Origin: an uncultured Bacteroides sp.
Lineage (GTDB): Bacteria > Bacteroidota > Bacteroidia > Bacteroidales > Muribaculaceae
NCBI GenBank assembly: GCA_964447895.1
Contig: CAYUUN010000003.1
Location: 15,825 to 79,824, forward strand
DNA length: 64,000 bases
Reading direction: 5' to 3'
Part shown: piece by piece, positions 34,165 through 42,639 of the stretch
Position numbering within the stretch: the stretch's first letter is position 1
How the letters are laid out: every line of letters begins with the position of its first letter
The notes under the pieces: generated by a model
Seen by the model: only the letters and a program-made list of their open reading frames with translations
What the model was told of the DNA's origin: nothing
The model's database searches: none
Position numbers and translations under genes: made by a program

Positions 34165-34740
34165 CTATCTTGAACGTTTTTTATTTTTAGCTACCGAAAA
34201 ACCGAATTTTCCGAGTTTCTCTCCGAGAGTGAAATATCCCCCGTGGCAATAGGCCATGATGCCGGACGCCGCAAGGTCGAAACTTCCGGTTTCGGGATCG
34301 ATGAAAGCATCGTCGGCCACCACGTTCACCACGTCGGCCAGGAACATGTCGTGACTGCCCAGACGCATTATCTCCTTCACGCGGCATTCGATGCTGAGCG
34401 GCGACTCGGCCACAAGCGGGCACTCGTTGGCCACTCCCGGAGCCGGCGTGAGGCCGCAAAGCTCCCATTTGTCGCAGTCGCGGCCGGAGCGCACGCCGGC
34501 CAGGTCGGTGGCGCGGGCCATCGCCGCAGTGGTTAGGTTCACCGTGAAGGCCATGTGCCGGCGGATAATCTCATAGCTGTAGCGCTCGGGACGCACGCTG
34601 ATGTAGAGCATGGGAGGATTTGTGCACACCGTGCCCGTCCATGCCACCGTGAGCATGTTGGACAGGTCAGCGTCGCCGCATGTGACAATAGCGGCCGGCA
34701 GCGGATACACCATCGTTCCGGGTTTCCAGTTCACTTTCAT
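34165..34740 (-). CDS. Flavin reductase family protein (FMN-binding split barrel)
   Basis: MKVNWKPGTMVYPLPAAIVTCGD...LTVAWTG is typical of the flavin reductase-like domain. Start moved to ATG 34740. Confidence 0.8.
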   Translation of the reverse strand: MKVNWKPGTMVYPLPAAIVTCGDADLSNMLTVAWTGTVCTNPPMLYISVRPERYSYEIIRRHMAFTVNLTTAAMARATDLAGVRSGRDCDKWELCGLTPAPGVANECPLVAESPLSIECRVKEIMRLGSHDMFLADVVNVVADDAFIDPETGSFDLAASGIMAYCHGGYFTLGEKLGKFGFSVAKNKKRSR

Positions 34741-34745
34741 GCCTA

Positions 34746-34753
34746 CAAAACTA
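34746..34753 (-). promoter_or_regulatory. -7 promoter box for the flavin reductase gene (near-leaderless)
   Basis: Minus strand reads TAGTTTTG. 5 nt separate it from ATG 34740. Confidence 0.45.
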
Positions 34754-34795
34754 ATAAAAAAATGTGAAACGGCCACCTACTTCGACAATGTTTTA

Positions 34796-34803
34796 TACCT
34801 TTG
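34796..34803 (+). promoter_or_regulatory. -7 promoter box for the TPR gene (near-leaderless)
   Basis: TACCTTTG. 7 nt separate it from ATG 34811. Confidence 0.45.
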
Positions 34804-34810
34804 CAGGCAA

Positions 34811-35644
34811 ATGAAAAGACTACTATTATCATTAGCAGTGGCAAGCGCGCTGTGGGTATCCGCTCAGGAAACGGAAGATTCCCTCACGGCGAAGCCTTAC
34901 TACCTGCTTATAGGACAGGCAGAAGAAGCAATAGCCGAAGACCGCCTTGACGAGGCGGCAACAAGACTGATCGAAGCCATGAGTGTGGAGCCCGACAACC
35001 CCGGCAACCTCCTGCTCATGTCCAACCTGGGCGTGGTGTACTGGCGCGACGGACGCGACTCTCTGGCTCTCGAGACGTTCAACCGGGTGCTGGAGGAGGC
35101 GCCGGCCATGGTGACGGTGCGTCTCAACCGGGGCCGCCTGCATCTCGACCTGGGGCACTCCCGCGAGGCCTACGACGATTTCTCCGAAGTGGTGGCACAG
35201 GATTCCCTGAACGCCGGGGCACGATACTACCGTGGCACGATGAACCTCTACGGCGGCCATCTTGCCGATGCCGAAACGGATTTTGAGGTGATACGCACCC
35301 TCTACCCCAAGGCACTCGACACGGCCGTGGCGATGAGCGCTCTCTATTCCCTGAGCGGGCGCAACCGCGAGGCTATCCCCTATTTTGAAAGGCTGATCGA
35401 GGACGACCCGGCGCCGGAATACTATGCCGGTCTTGCCGGTTGCCTCTTGGCCATCGAAAATCTGTCGCGCGCATCGGAGGTGATAGCTGCCGGCCTCAAA
35501 CGCTACAGCCACGACCCCGAGCTATACTACTATCGCGCGTGGCTAAACCGCGACCGGTATCGTCTTGACGATGCTCATGCCGATGCCCGCCGGGCCATCG
35601 AGCTCGGAGCCAACAGGCAGAAAGTCGAGGCTCTATTCAAGTAG
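34811..35644 (+). CDS. Secreted tetratricopeptide-repeat protein
   Basis: Signal peptide MKRLLLSLAVASALWVSAQ, followed by several 34-aa TPR-like repeats (A..Y...L..DP pattern). Start moved to ATG 34811. Confidence 0.75.
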   Translation: MKRLLLSLAVASALWVSAQETEDSLTAKPYYLLIGQAEEAIAEDRLDEAATRLIEAMSVEPDNPGNLLLMSNLGVVYWRDGRDSLALETFNRVLEEAPAMVTVRLNRGRLHLDLGHSREAYDDFSEVVAQDSLNAGARYYRGTMNLYGGHLADAETDFEVIRTLYPKALDTAVAMSALYSLSGRNREAIPYFERLIEDDPAPEYYAGLAGCLLAIENLSRASEVIAAGLKRYSHDPELYYYRAWLNRDRYRLDDAHADARRAIELGANRQKVEALFK

Positions 35645-36523
35645 GCCGGTGTGCAGCTTGCGGAACGCGCGGACACGCTCGTCTGTAAGTTTCTTGAAGA
35701 AGAACGACCGGGCGCGGGCAGTGCCCGTGAAGCTGCGGCTGAGATGCATGAGCGCCTGCTTGCGGTCGGCCACGGAAATGACTTCGATGGTGTTTTCGTC
35801 GATTTCCGGCCGCTCGCGCGTGGCCTTGAGCAGATACTGGTCTTTCTCCGTGGTGCGCACGATGGCACAAAAGCCTGATGCTCGCTCGGCATCGTACTCG
35901 TGCTTGTGCTTCTTGAACACGCTCGTGAAGTGCTGCATCACTTCGTGAAAGTTGCTGTATTTTCGCTCGGCGGCATATCTCGTGACGAAGCGGTCGAAAA
36001 GCAGCTTGAAGCAGCGGAGGGTCACCTCCGTGTCATAGGCAGCCGAGTGGGCACGCTTTTCATCCTGGCATATTCCCAGATGGTCGCACACAGCCTTGAG
36101 ACTGATGCCTTGAACATAGTCGAGCCCGTGCTCGCGGCCGTGACACACCCAAAACCAGTCGCGCAGCTCAATCACATGTTTTGAATCGAGGCCTTGCACG
36201 AATTGCCGTTTAAGTTTCGTGATGTCGTTTTCCCTCACTGCGAAACCCAGGATATAGGTACAGCGGTCGAACACGGCCTGGATGCGGCGCCGGCACGACG
36301 AGAAAGAAGGAGCCGTGGCCACCATCTCGGGAGTGATATGGTGTATGTCGCTGTCCCATGTGCGGTATCGTCTGGGCTTGAAGCGCTGCTGATAAACGAG
36401 GTGGCCGCGAAGGTCGGCTATAGACAGTTCGAGCATTTCCTGGCCGCGCGCAAACTCGGCGTCGCAGCACACGCAGGTCGAAGCGCCCGCGCTTTCGAGC
36501 AATCGTTCGGTCTCCTTATTCAT
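35633..36523 (-). CDS. DEDDh 3'-5' exonuclease domain protein with an uncharacterised ~115-aa C-terminal extension
   Basis: ExoI CCDAEF (D21, E23), ExoII VRENDITKL (D100) and ExoIII HSAAYDTE (H159-x4-D164). I recognised nothing in residues 181-296. ATGA overlap with the upstream lipoprotein gene. Confidence 0.65.
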   Translation of the reverse strand: MNKETERLLESAGASTCVCCDAEFARGQEMLELSIADLRGHLVYQQRFKPRRYRTWDSDIHHITPEMVATAPSFSSCRRRIQAVFDRCTYILGFAVRENDITKLKRQFVQGLDSKHVIELRDWFWVCHGREHGLDYVQGISLKAVCDHLGICQDEKRAHSAAYDTEVTLRCFKLLFDRFVTRYAAERKYSNFHEVMQHFTSVFKKHKHEYDAERASGFCAIVRTTEKDQYLLKATRERPEIDENTIEVISVADRKQALMHLSRSFTGTARARSFFFKKLTDERVRAFRKLHTGLLE

Positions 36524-36804
36524 CGCGTTGCAGTGCTGTCTGATACCACACCGGCCACAGCTTCCATATAGGCGTCGGCAGCCTTGTCGTAGCCCATGGC
36601 CCTCATGTGGGCTTCCTTATACTTTATATTGAGGACGGCAGCCTCGCGTTGCATGTCGGTGGCAGCAGGGTCGGCAATCACCGCTGCATCCTTCGCGCCG
36701 TGGGCACGCGCCGAGTCGAGGGCGGCGGAGCTGTTGGGGTTGCTTATACCGCTGCCGCAGGAACAGGCCAGAACCAGTGCCACTATGGGTATTAGTCTTT
36801 TCAT
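36520..36804 (-). CDS. Small predicted lipoprotein (94 aa), unknown function
   Basis: MKRLIPIVALVLACSCGSG is a lipobox-like signal. ATGA overlaps with both flanking exonuclease genes support translation. Confidence 0.55.
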   Translation of the reverse strand: MKRLIPIVALVLACSCGSGISNPNSSAALDSARAHGAKDAAVIADPAATDMQREAAVLNIKYKEAHMRAMGYDKAADAYMEAVAGVVSDSTATR

Positions 36805-37295
36805 AAGAGTATTATGGCAAGTTGGGCACAAGCCTCGGCATCGCTGAGAGCATTGTGGTGCTGATAAAGATTGATGCCGAAGAAATCGCACAGCGCATCA
36901 AGCGAATGCCGTCCGCACATTCCGCGTGGAATCTTGGCGCGGGCAGCCGCCAGAGTGTCGTAGAACTCGCCGGGAGGGTCGAGCCTGTACACGCGGCATG
37001 CGGCAGCTATGCAGCCCCGGTCGAAACGCGCGTTGTGGGCTACCATGGGCAGATCTTCGCTCCAGGCCGAAATCTGGCGCCACACGGTGTCGAAAGTGGG
37101 CGCATTTTCCGTGTCTTTCTGCGTGATGCCGTGCACTTTCACACAATAATAGTAATAATATTCCGGCTCCGGCTTGACGAGCGAATAGAAGGTGTCGACC
37201 ACAATGCCGTCGCGCACCTTCACGGCCCCGATGGCGCAGATGCTCGAAGCCTCGTTGTTGGCTGTCTCGACGTCTATGGCGATAAAATCAGTCAT
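36801..37295 (-). CDS. DnaQ-like DEDDh 3'-5' exonuclease (stand-alone, 164 aa)
   Basis: ExoI IAIDVETAN, ExoII AHNARFD and ExoIII HHNALSDAEA. Start at ATG 37295, which overlaps the ispH 3' end by 8 nt. Confidence 0.8.
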   Translation of the reverse strand: MTDFIAIDVETANNEASSICAIGAVKVRDGIVVDTFYSLVKPEPEYYYYYCVKVHGITQKDTENAPTFDTVWRQISAWSEDLPMVAHNARFDRGCIAAACRVYRLDPPGEFYDTLAAARAKIPRGMCGRHSLDALCDFFGINLYQHHNALSDAEACAQLAIILL

Positions 37296-38160
37296 CACAA
37301 TCCATCGCTTTTGCGGCAGCGTCGCGCACCTGCTCCATGAGCCACAGCGGCGTGCTCGTGGCTCCGCATATACCCACCGTGGCCGCATCCCGGAGCCACT
37401 CGTGCCGCAGTTCCGAAGCATTTGCCAGCAGATGGGTGCGCGGGTTGACGTCGCGGCATCTGTCGTAGAGTATTCTTCCGTTGCTGCTCTTTGTGCCGGC
37501 CACGAACAGCACCACTTCGTGCGACGCTGCAAACTGGCGCAGATGGTCGACCCGGCCACTTACGCTGCGGCATATCGTGTCGCTGTGCTCAAAAGCAACA
37601 CCCGGCGCCATCCGGCGGTCTATCTCCGCTATGATGCTGCGGTAGCCCTCAAGGCTCTTTGTAGTCTGCGAAAAAAGGGCTATCGGGCGCGTATAGTCCA
37701 GTCCGTCAAGGTCGGCTATGCTCTCTATCACTATGGCGTGGCCGTCGGTCTGCCCCACCAGGCCGTTCACTTCGGCATGGCCCGGCTTACCGTAAATCAC
37801 TATCTGGGGGCGTTCGCCGGGGCGGGTATAAGCCGCTTTCACGCGCTGCTGCAGCTTGAGCACCACGGGGCATGTGGCATCAACTATGTCGATGTCGAGT
37901 TCGCGCGCCAGCCTGTAGGTGCTGGGAGGTTCGCCATGGGCACGCAGGAGCACCCTGGCGCCGCGCAGCGACTTCATGTCGTCGTGGGTTATGGTGCTGA
38001 GCCCCTTGCGGCGCAGGCGCTCCACCTCGTCGCTGTTGTGCACGATGTCGCCCAGGCAATACAGAGGCGTGCCCGCCTCAAGCTGCTCCTCGGCCTTGCG
38101 TATGGCCGTGACCACGCCGAAGCAGAATCCGGAATGCGAGTCTATCTCAATCCTGGCCAT
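37288..38160 (-). CDS. ispH: 4-hydroxy-3-methylbut-2-enyl diphosphate reductase
   Basis: MARIEIDSHSGFCFGV start, ATCP and SSN motifs. 290 aa. Confidence 0.95.
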   Translation of the reverse strand: MARIEIDSHSGFCFGVVTAIRKAEEQLEAGTPLYCLGDIVHNSDEVERLRRKGLSTITHDDMKSLRGARVLLRAHGEPPSTYRLARELDIDIVDATCPVVLKLQQRVKAAYTRPGERPQIVIYGKPGHAEVNGLVGQTDGHAIVIESIADLDGLDYTRPIALFSQTTKSLEGYRSIIAEIDRRMAPGVAFEHSDTICRSVSGRVDHLRQFAASHEVVLFVAGTKSSNGRILYDRCRDVNPRTHLLANASELRHEWLRDAATVGICGATSTPLWLMEQVRDAAAKAMDCDD

Positions 38161-38854
38161 TGCAGCGTTTCTCGGCTTCGCGGAACTTGCCGAGCAGCCA
38201 CTCGTCCTGCTGCTCGAGCGTCATGGTGGTGTTGTCGAGGTCCACGGCGTCATCGGCGCGGCGCAGGGGGCTCTCCTCGCGGGTCATGTCGATGTGGTCT
38301 CGCTCGGTCACGTTGGCCAGCACGTCTTCGAAATCCACTTTCTGCCCCTTCTCGAGCATTTCGCGATAGCGGCGCTCGGCACGGGTGCGCGCCGGCGCAT
38401 TCACGTAGATCTTGAGTTCGGCGTCGGGAAACACGGTTGTGCCAATGTCGCGGCCGTCCATCACGATGCCGCCCTGCTCTCCCATGGTTTGCTGCATGGC
38501 CACGAGCGCGTGGCGCACTTCAGGAATAGCGGCCACGGGCGACACCGAGTCGCTCACGCGCAGCGTGCGGATATCGCTCTCGACGTCCCGGCCGTTCAGC
38601 AGCGTGTGTTGGCGGCCATCGGCTCCTGCAGGAGCGAAGTCCACCGTGATACCGGGCAGGGCTGCCACGATGGCATCGACATCCGGAGTGCCGTCCGCGG
38701 CTATCATGCCATGGTCGAGGGCATAGAGGGTCACCGCCCTGTACATGGCGCCGGAGTCAATATATCGGTAGGAAACAGCAGCAGCCAGCCGCCGGGCCAT
38801 CGTGCTCTTGCCCGACGACGAAAAGCCGTCGATTGCTATAGTAAGCGGTTTCAT
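38147..38854 (-). CDS. cmk: (d)CMP kinase
   Basis: IAIDGFSSSGKST P-loop, YIDSGAMYR and VMDGRDIGT. Start chosen at ATG 38854. Confidence 0.9.
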   Translation of the reverse strand: MKPLTIAIDGFSSSGKSTMARRLAAAVSYRYIDSGAMYRAVTLYALDHGMIAADGTPDVDAIVAALPGITVDFAPAGADGRQHTLLNGRDVESDIRTLRVSDSVSPVAAIPEVRHALVAMQQTMGEQGGIVMDGRDIGTTVFPDAELKIYVNAPARTRAERRYREMLEKGQKVDFEDVLANVTERDHIDMTREESPLRRADDAVDLDNTTMTLEQQDEWLLGKFREAEKRCNGQD

Positions 38855-38923
38855 AGTATATTGGAAAGGGGACAAAAGATGCTTGAGAAACCTCTTTCGT
38901 CCCCTTTATTCTTAGAGTCGGTT

Positions 38924-39670
38924 TTACATATTCATGCCGCCATCGACCTGGATAACCTGGCCGCTGACGTAGGAGCTCATATCGGAAGCGAGGAAGGTGG
39001 CCACATCGGCGATATCCTCGGGCTTGCCGCCGCGACGCAGAGGAATCTTCTTGGTCCACTCGGCGCGTACCTCATCGGGCAGGGCTGCCGTCATGGCAGT
39101 CTCGATGAAGCCGGGAGCGATGGCGTTGGCGCGGATGCCGCGGCTGCCCACTTCCTGGGCGATGCTCTTGGCGAGGGCGATGAGACCGGCCTTGGAGGCG
39201 GCGTAGTTGGCCTGTCCGGCATTGCCGTGCACACCCACGACGCTGGCCATGTTGATGATGCTGCCGCCACGCTGGCGCATCATCTGGGGCAGAACGGCGT
39301 TGATGAAGTTGAACGCACTCTTGAGGTTGACGGTGATAACGGCATCCCACTGCTGCTCGGTCATGCGCATCATCAGGCCGTCTTTGGTGATACCGGCGTT
39401 GTTCACGAGGATGTCGATGCGGCCGAAATCCTTGATCACCTGGTCTACCACCTCTTTGGTCTGAGCGAAATCGGCAGCATTGCTGGCGTAGCCCTTGCAC
39501 TTCACGCCGAGTGCTTCTATTTCTGCTTCAGTGGCTTTGCCGTTCTCGTCGATAACGAGGTCGGTGAATGCGATGTTGGCGCCCTCCTGCGCGAAACGCA
39601 GGGCTATGGCACGACCGATACCGCGTGCGGCACCGGTAATGAGGGCGGTTTTTCCTTCGAGTAATTTCAT
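38924..39670 (-). CDS. fabG: 3-oxoacyl-[ACP] reductase
   Basis: SDR motifs TGAARGIGRAIA, NNAG and YAASKAG. 248 aa. Confidence 0.9.
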   Translation of the reverse strand: MKLLEGKTALITGAARGIGRAIALRFAQEGANIAFTDLVIDENGKATEAEIEALGVKCKGYASNAADFAQTKEVVDQVIKDFGRIDILVNNAGITKDGLMMRMTEQQWDAVITVNLKSAFNFINAVLPQMMRQRGGSIINMASVVGVHGNAGQANYAASKAGLIALAKSIAQEVGSRGIRANAIAPGFIETAMTAALPDEVRAEWTKKIPLRRGGKPEDIADVATFLASDMSSYVSGQVIQVDGGMNM

Positions 39671-39698
39671 TACTTGCTTGTTTTTGAGTTTTACGCTA

Positions 39699-39706
39699 CA
39701 AAAGTA
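39699..39706 (-). promoter_or_regulatory. -7 promoter box for fabG
   Basis: Minus strand reads TACTTTTG, 28 nt upstream of ATG 39670. Confidence 0.45.
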
Positions 39707-39736
39707 GCGAAAAAAATCAATATAGGCAAGTGCTAA

Positions 39737-40570
39737 TTACCTGAGGTCGTAGGCTACGAGCAAAGAATCGTAGGCTGCCGAGCGGCTGAACTCGTCGAGC
39801 CACAGGTTGAAGCTGTCGCGCAGACTTTCGCGTCCCACGGCCCAGCTCTGAAACTGGCTGAAAGAAACGGGCACCGACACATCGAGCCTGTCGTCGGCGG
39901 CAGCCATGCGGCGCGCCGTGGCCTCGTCCACCACAGCCCGGGGTATCTCGCCAGAGGCCGTGAGCATACACAGATGCTCGGCCGAATAGTCGTCGACGGT
40001 GTTTACGTATATGGTGTCGCCAAGCTCCGCTCCGAGATTGGCCAGGCGCGACCGGTAGGGCGAGTCTTTCACCACCCACACCTTGTGGCCTGCAAGCTGC
40101 TCCTGCGACTTGATGTGGGGGCGCCCCGAGGCGCTGTCGCGGCGCTGCACGAGCACCTGGCGGCCGTGGTACACGGCATCCGTCATGTGGTAGCGGTCTA
40201 CCATCTCCGAGGTGGCCGGCAGGGCTGCAACCACCACATCGTAGTCGCCCCGCTCCAGCCCCTCGAGGGCATAATGCAGGGGCACGAAGGGACGGAACCT
40301 GACGGGGAGGTCGTGCGCTGCGGCTATGCTGCGGATTATTTCATAATCGAGGCCGGCGATGGAGTCGCCGCTGCGAGTGTAGAGCAGTGGCGACATCTCG
40401 ATGGCCACCACCAGCGTGTCGCCTGCCGGCCGTGCATCCGGCTCGGCTGCGAAATCGCTCAGGCGCTGCCGGCTGCAGCGGCCAAGCATCCACATCAACG
40501 CGAGAACGATGGCGAGCGCGCCCACCAGCAACGGCAGACGCCCTTGAATCATTTTGGGTGTATTACGCAT
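39737..40570 (-). CDS. Membrane-anchored solute-binding (SBP_bac_3 / MltF N-terminal-like) domain protein
   Basis: N-terminal TM anchor LPLLVGALAIVLALMWML. Then DTLVVAIEMSPLLY...GLDYEIIRSIA...DVVVAALPATSEM, typical of type 3 SBP domains. No lytic transglycosylase domain and no ABC permease or ATPase nearby. Confidence 0.65.
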   Translation of the reverse strand: MRNTPKMIQGRLPLLVGALAIVLALMWMLGRCSRQRLSDFAAEPDARPAGDTLVVAIEMSPLLYTRSGDSIAGLDYEIIRSIAAAHDLPVRFRPFVPLHYALEGLERGDYDVVVAALPATSEMVDRYHMTDAVYHGRQVLVQRRDSASGRPHIKSQEQLAGHKVWVVKDSPYRSRLANLGAELGDTIYVNTVDDYSAEHLCMLTASGEIPRAVVDEATARRMAAADDRLDVSVPVSFSQFQSWAVGRESLRDSFNLWLDEFSRSAAYDSLLVAYDLR

Positions 40571-40606
40571 AATATCGTTTTATAGTAATAACGCCCGAGC
40601 GGCCTC

Positions 40607-42586
40607 TTAGTTGGCGAAGTCCACGCAAAGGCCCATCTGGAAACGGCGGGGATTTAGCGGATAATCTACCACGGAGAAGTAATTGTTGCCGAACCATCCC
40701 TGGTTGATGTGGGTCATCATCACATAGAACCGCACCTTGCTCAGGTGCATGTTGGCATACACGTTCATGAACGGATAGTTACCAAGCTTGACGGAGTGCT
40801 GGTTGGCAAACGATGCCGTAGCCGGCTGATAGGCAGGACCGTAGTAGCGGCTGTACCAGTCGCAGTCGACACCCAGCTGCATCCGCAGCGTGGCGATGCG
40901 GCACTGCAGGAAGAGATTGCTGTACACGGCCAGCTTGGGCAGCGGCAAAACGTTTTCGTCGGACGATGTCTGATAGGTAATGGTATTGCGCCAGTTCAAG
41001 ATGCCCAGCTTGAAATCCTGCTGCAGGCGCGCGTGGAACACCTGCACGTTGCCGCCGTGCTGCACGGGCAGGAAGTCCTCTCCGAAATACACATAGTTCT
41101 GAAGATTCTTCACTCCGGCGCTGATGGTCGTGCGGGTGCGCCCGAGCTGCACGCTTCCTCCGAATGCATAGGTGCGCATCTTTCCGAAATCGTTGTTCCA
41201 GATGAAATGATTCGAGCGGTAGTGGCGCAGCAGATAGGGCATGGCTTCGTTGAGGAACTGGCCGTAGGCATGTATGCGCAGCGAGTCGCCGAGCATGGGC
41301 ACATTGGTGTAGACATTGCCGCGCAGCCGCACGTCGCCGGCAGCGTCGCCCACTATGCCCAGCTCGCCAGTGGCATCATATTTGAGCACGCGGCCCTGCA
41401 GGCGCGTGAGCTGGGCGCCCACCCACGCCAGGTTTTGCGTAGCTTTCGTGTCCATGAACTCGGCGCCCTCGGGGAGCGGCGTGAGTCCCAGCGACTCATC
41501 GGAATGGTCGAGGGTGTCGGGCGTTTGCGTGAACTTGCGTATTTCGTAAGTGGCGTAGACCGAAAGGCCCATGGGCACGTATTTGTTGAAGCCTTCGAGC
41601 AGCTGTATTCCCACGGTGTTCGACAGCGACCAATAGCGTGTGTCGTCGTAGGTGTCGGTGGGATTTATATACTTGTTCTCAAAAAATGAGCTCGTTTCGC
41701 TGGCAGTCTTATCGACGAATATATGGCCCTGCTGCCTGTAGTGCATCGTCCAGACGAATGAAGTGACGGGCACATAGCTGCGTTTCTGGAGGGAATCAGG
41801 AAGGAGCTCGCCCAGGGAATCGGTCTCCTCCTCTACGCGCCAGAAGCCAACCTTGTAGCGGTTGTTGAGCCACAGGTCGGTACCGGTATTGCGGGTGTGG
41901 GCGTTGTTCAGCCGCGTGGGGATGCTTTTGGGCGCTATCGTGGTGACACCGCCCTGCACGGCCGCCGGGTCGGTGATATACAGCGGGTCGGTGATGCCGC
42001 CGTTTTCCTTATTGAGCAGGTTGAAGTGGTAGAAATATCCCTGAAACTCATAGCGGTCGCCTATGTACGAGCCCGAGAAGCCGTAGGTCATGTCGTTGGT
42101 GGCCTGCGCGTTGTAGCTGCCCTTGGAGTAGAGATAGCGCATCATTGCTCCCACCTGGGCGCGGCGGTTGATGTTGCCGGAGAAGGTGGCTGTGAGGTCG
42201 TCCTGCGAGTTGTCGCGGCCGCCTCCGGTGGTGTAGCCCAGCAGGGTCATGGGCATACGCGTGTTGAAGAAAATCCGCTGCTGCGGTTTCCAGGTGCGCA
42301 GGGCGTCGCCCAGAAAGAAATCGCTCACGGGTTTTCTCTCGTCGAAAATCATGTTTATACCTTCGGCGCCGAGGTTTCCCGTGGTGGCCCAGGCATCGCT
42401 GCGGGCCGACGGAATGGCACGCTGGTAGAAATGATATTCGAGTGTGTCCATGTCGCAGGGCTCTCGCAGGCCCAGCGGCTCCATGGGAGTCCAGGCCGTG
42501 GGAGGTGGCACGGGCTCGTTCTTTTTTGCCCACGCAGCCGCGGGCAACATTATAATAATGAGTATGGCGATACAAAGCTTGTTCAT
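40607..42586 (-). CDS. Putative outer-membrane porin (Bacteroidota 'putative porin' beta-barrel family)
   Basis: Signal peptide MNKLCIAILIIIMLPAAAWA. 659 aa with alternating aromatic/Gly-rich beta-strand pattern, ending ...RFQMGLCVDFAN. Confidence 0.6.
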   Translation of the reverse strand: MNKLCIAILIIIMLPAAAWAKKNEPVPPPTAWTPMEPLGLREPCDMDTLEYHFYQRAIPSARSDAWATTGNLGAEGINMIFDERKPVSDFFLGDALRTWKPQQRIFFNTRMPMTLLGYTTGGGRDNSQDDLTATFSGNINRRAQVGAMMRYLYSKGSYNAQATNDMTYGFSGSYIGDRYEFQGYFYHFNLLNKENGGITDPLYITDPAAVQGGVTTIAPKSIPTRLNNAHTRNTGTDLWLNNRYKVGFWRVEEETDSLGELLPDSLQKRSYVPVTSFVWTMHYRQQGHIFVDKTASETSSFFENKYINPTDTYDDTRYWSLSNTVGIQLLEGFNKYVPMGLSVYATYEIRKFTQTPDTLDHSDESLGLTPLPEGAEFMDTKATQNLAWVGAQLTRLQGRVLKYDATGELGIVGDAAGDVRLRGNVYTNVPMLGDSLRIHAYGQFLNEAMPYLLRHYRSNHFIWNNDFGKMRTYAFGGSVQLGRTRTTISAGVKNLQNYVYFGEDFLPVQHGGNVQVFHARLQQDFKLGILNWRNTITYQTSSDENVLPLPKLAVYSNLFLQCRIATLRMQLGVDCDWYSRYYGPAYQPATASFANQHSVKLGNYPFMNVYANMHLSKVRFYVMMTHINQGWFGNNYFSVVDYPLNPRRFQMGLCVDFAN

Positions 42587-42593
42587 GCAGGCG

Positions 42594-42601
42594 CAAAGTT
42601 A
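42594..42601 (-). promoter_or_regulatory. -7 promoter box for the porin gene (near-leaderless)
   Basis: Minus strand reads TAACTTTG. 7 nt separate it from ATG 42586. Confidence 0.4.
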
Positions 42602-42613
42602 CTACTTTTTTCG

Positions 42614-42621
42614 TATCTTTG
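42614..42621 (+). promoter_or_regulatory. -7 promoter box for prfA
   Basis: TATCTTTG, 18 nt upstream of ATG 42640. Confidence 0.5.
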
Positions 42622-42639
42622 CACAAATTTTCCACACTA

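Noticed and set aside
37192-39664. 407-aa and 581-aa plus-strand ORFs spanning ispH, cmk and fabG.
   Set aside because: They are antisense to three well-conserved genes and cross gene boundaries. Their Arg/Ala/Gly/His-rich composition is typical of shadow ORFs.
39694-39710. The palindrome cgctacaaaagtagcg between the SBP-domain gene and fabG, considered as a terminator.
   Set aside because: The stem is only 6 bp and no U-tract follows on the transcribed (minus) strand. The same bases form the fabG -7 box.
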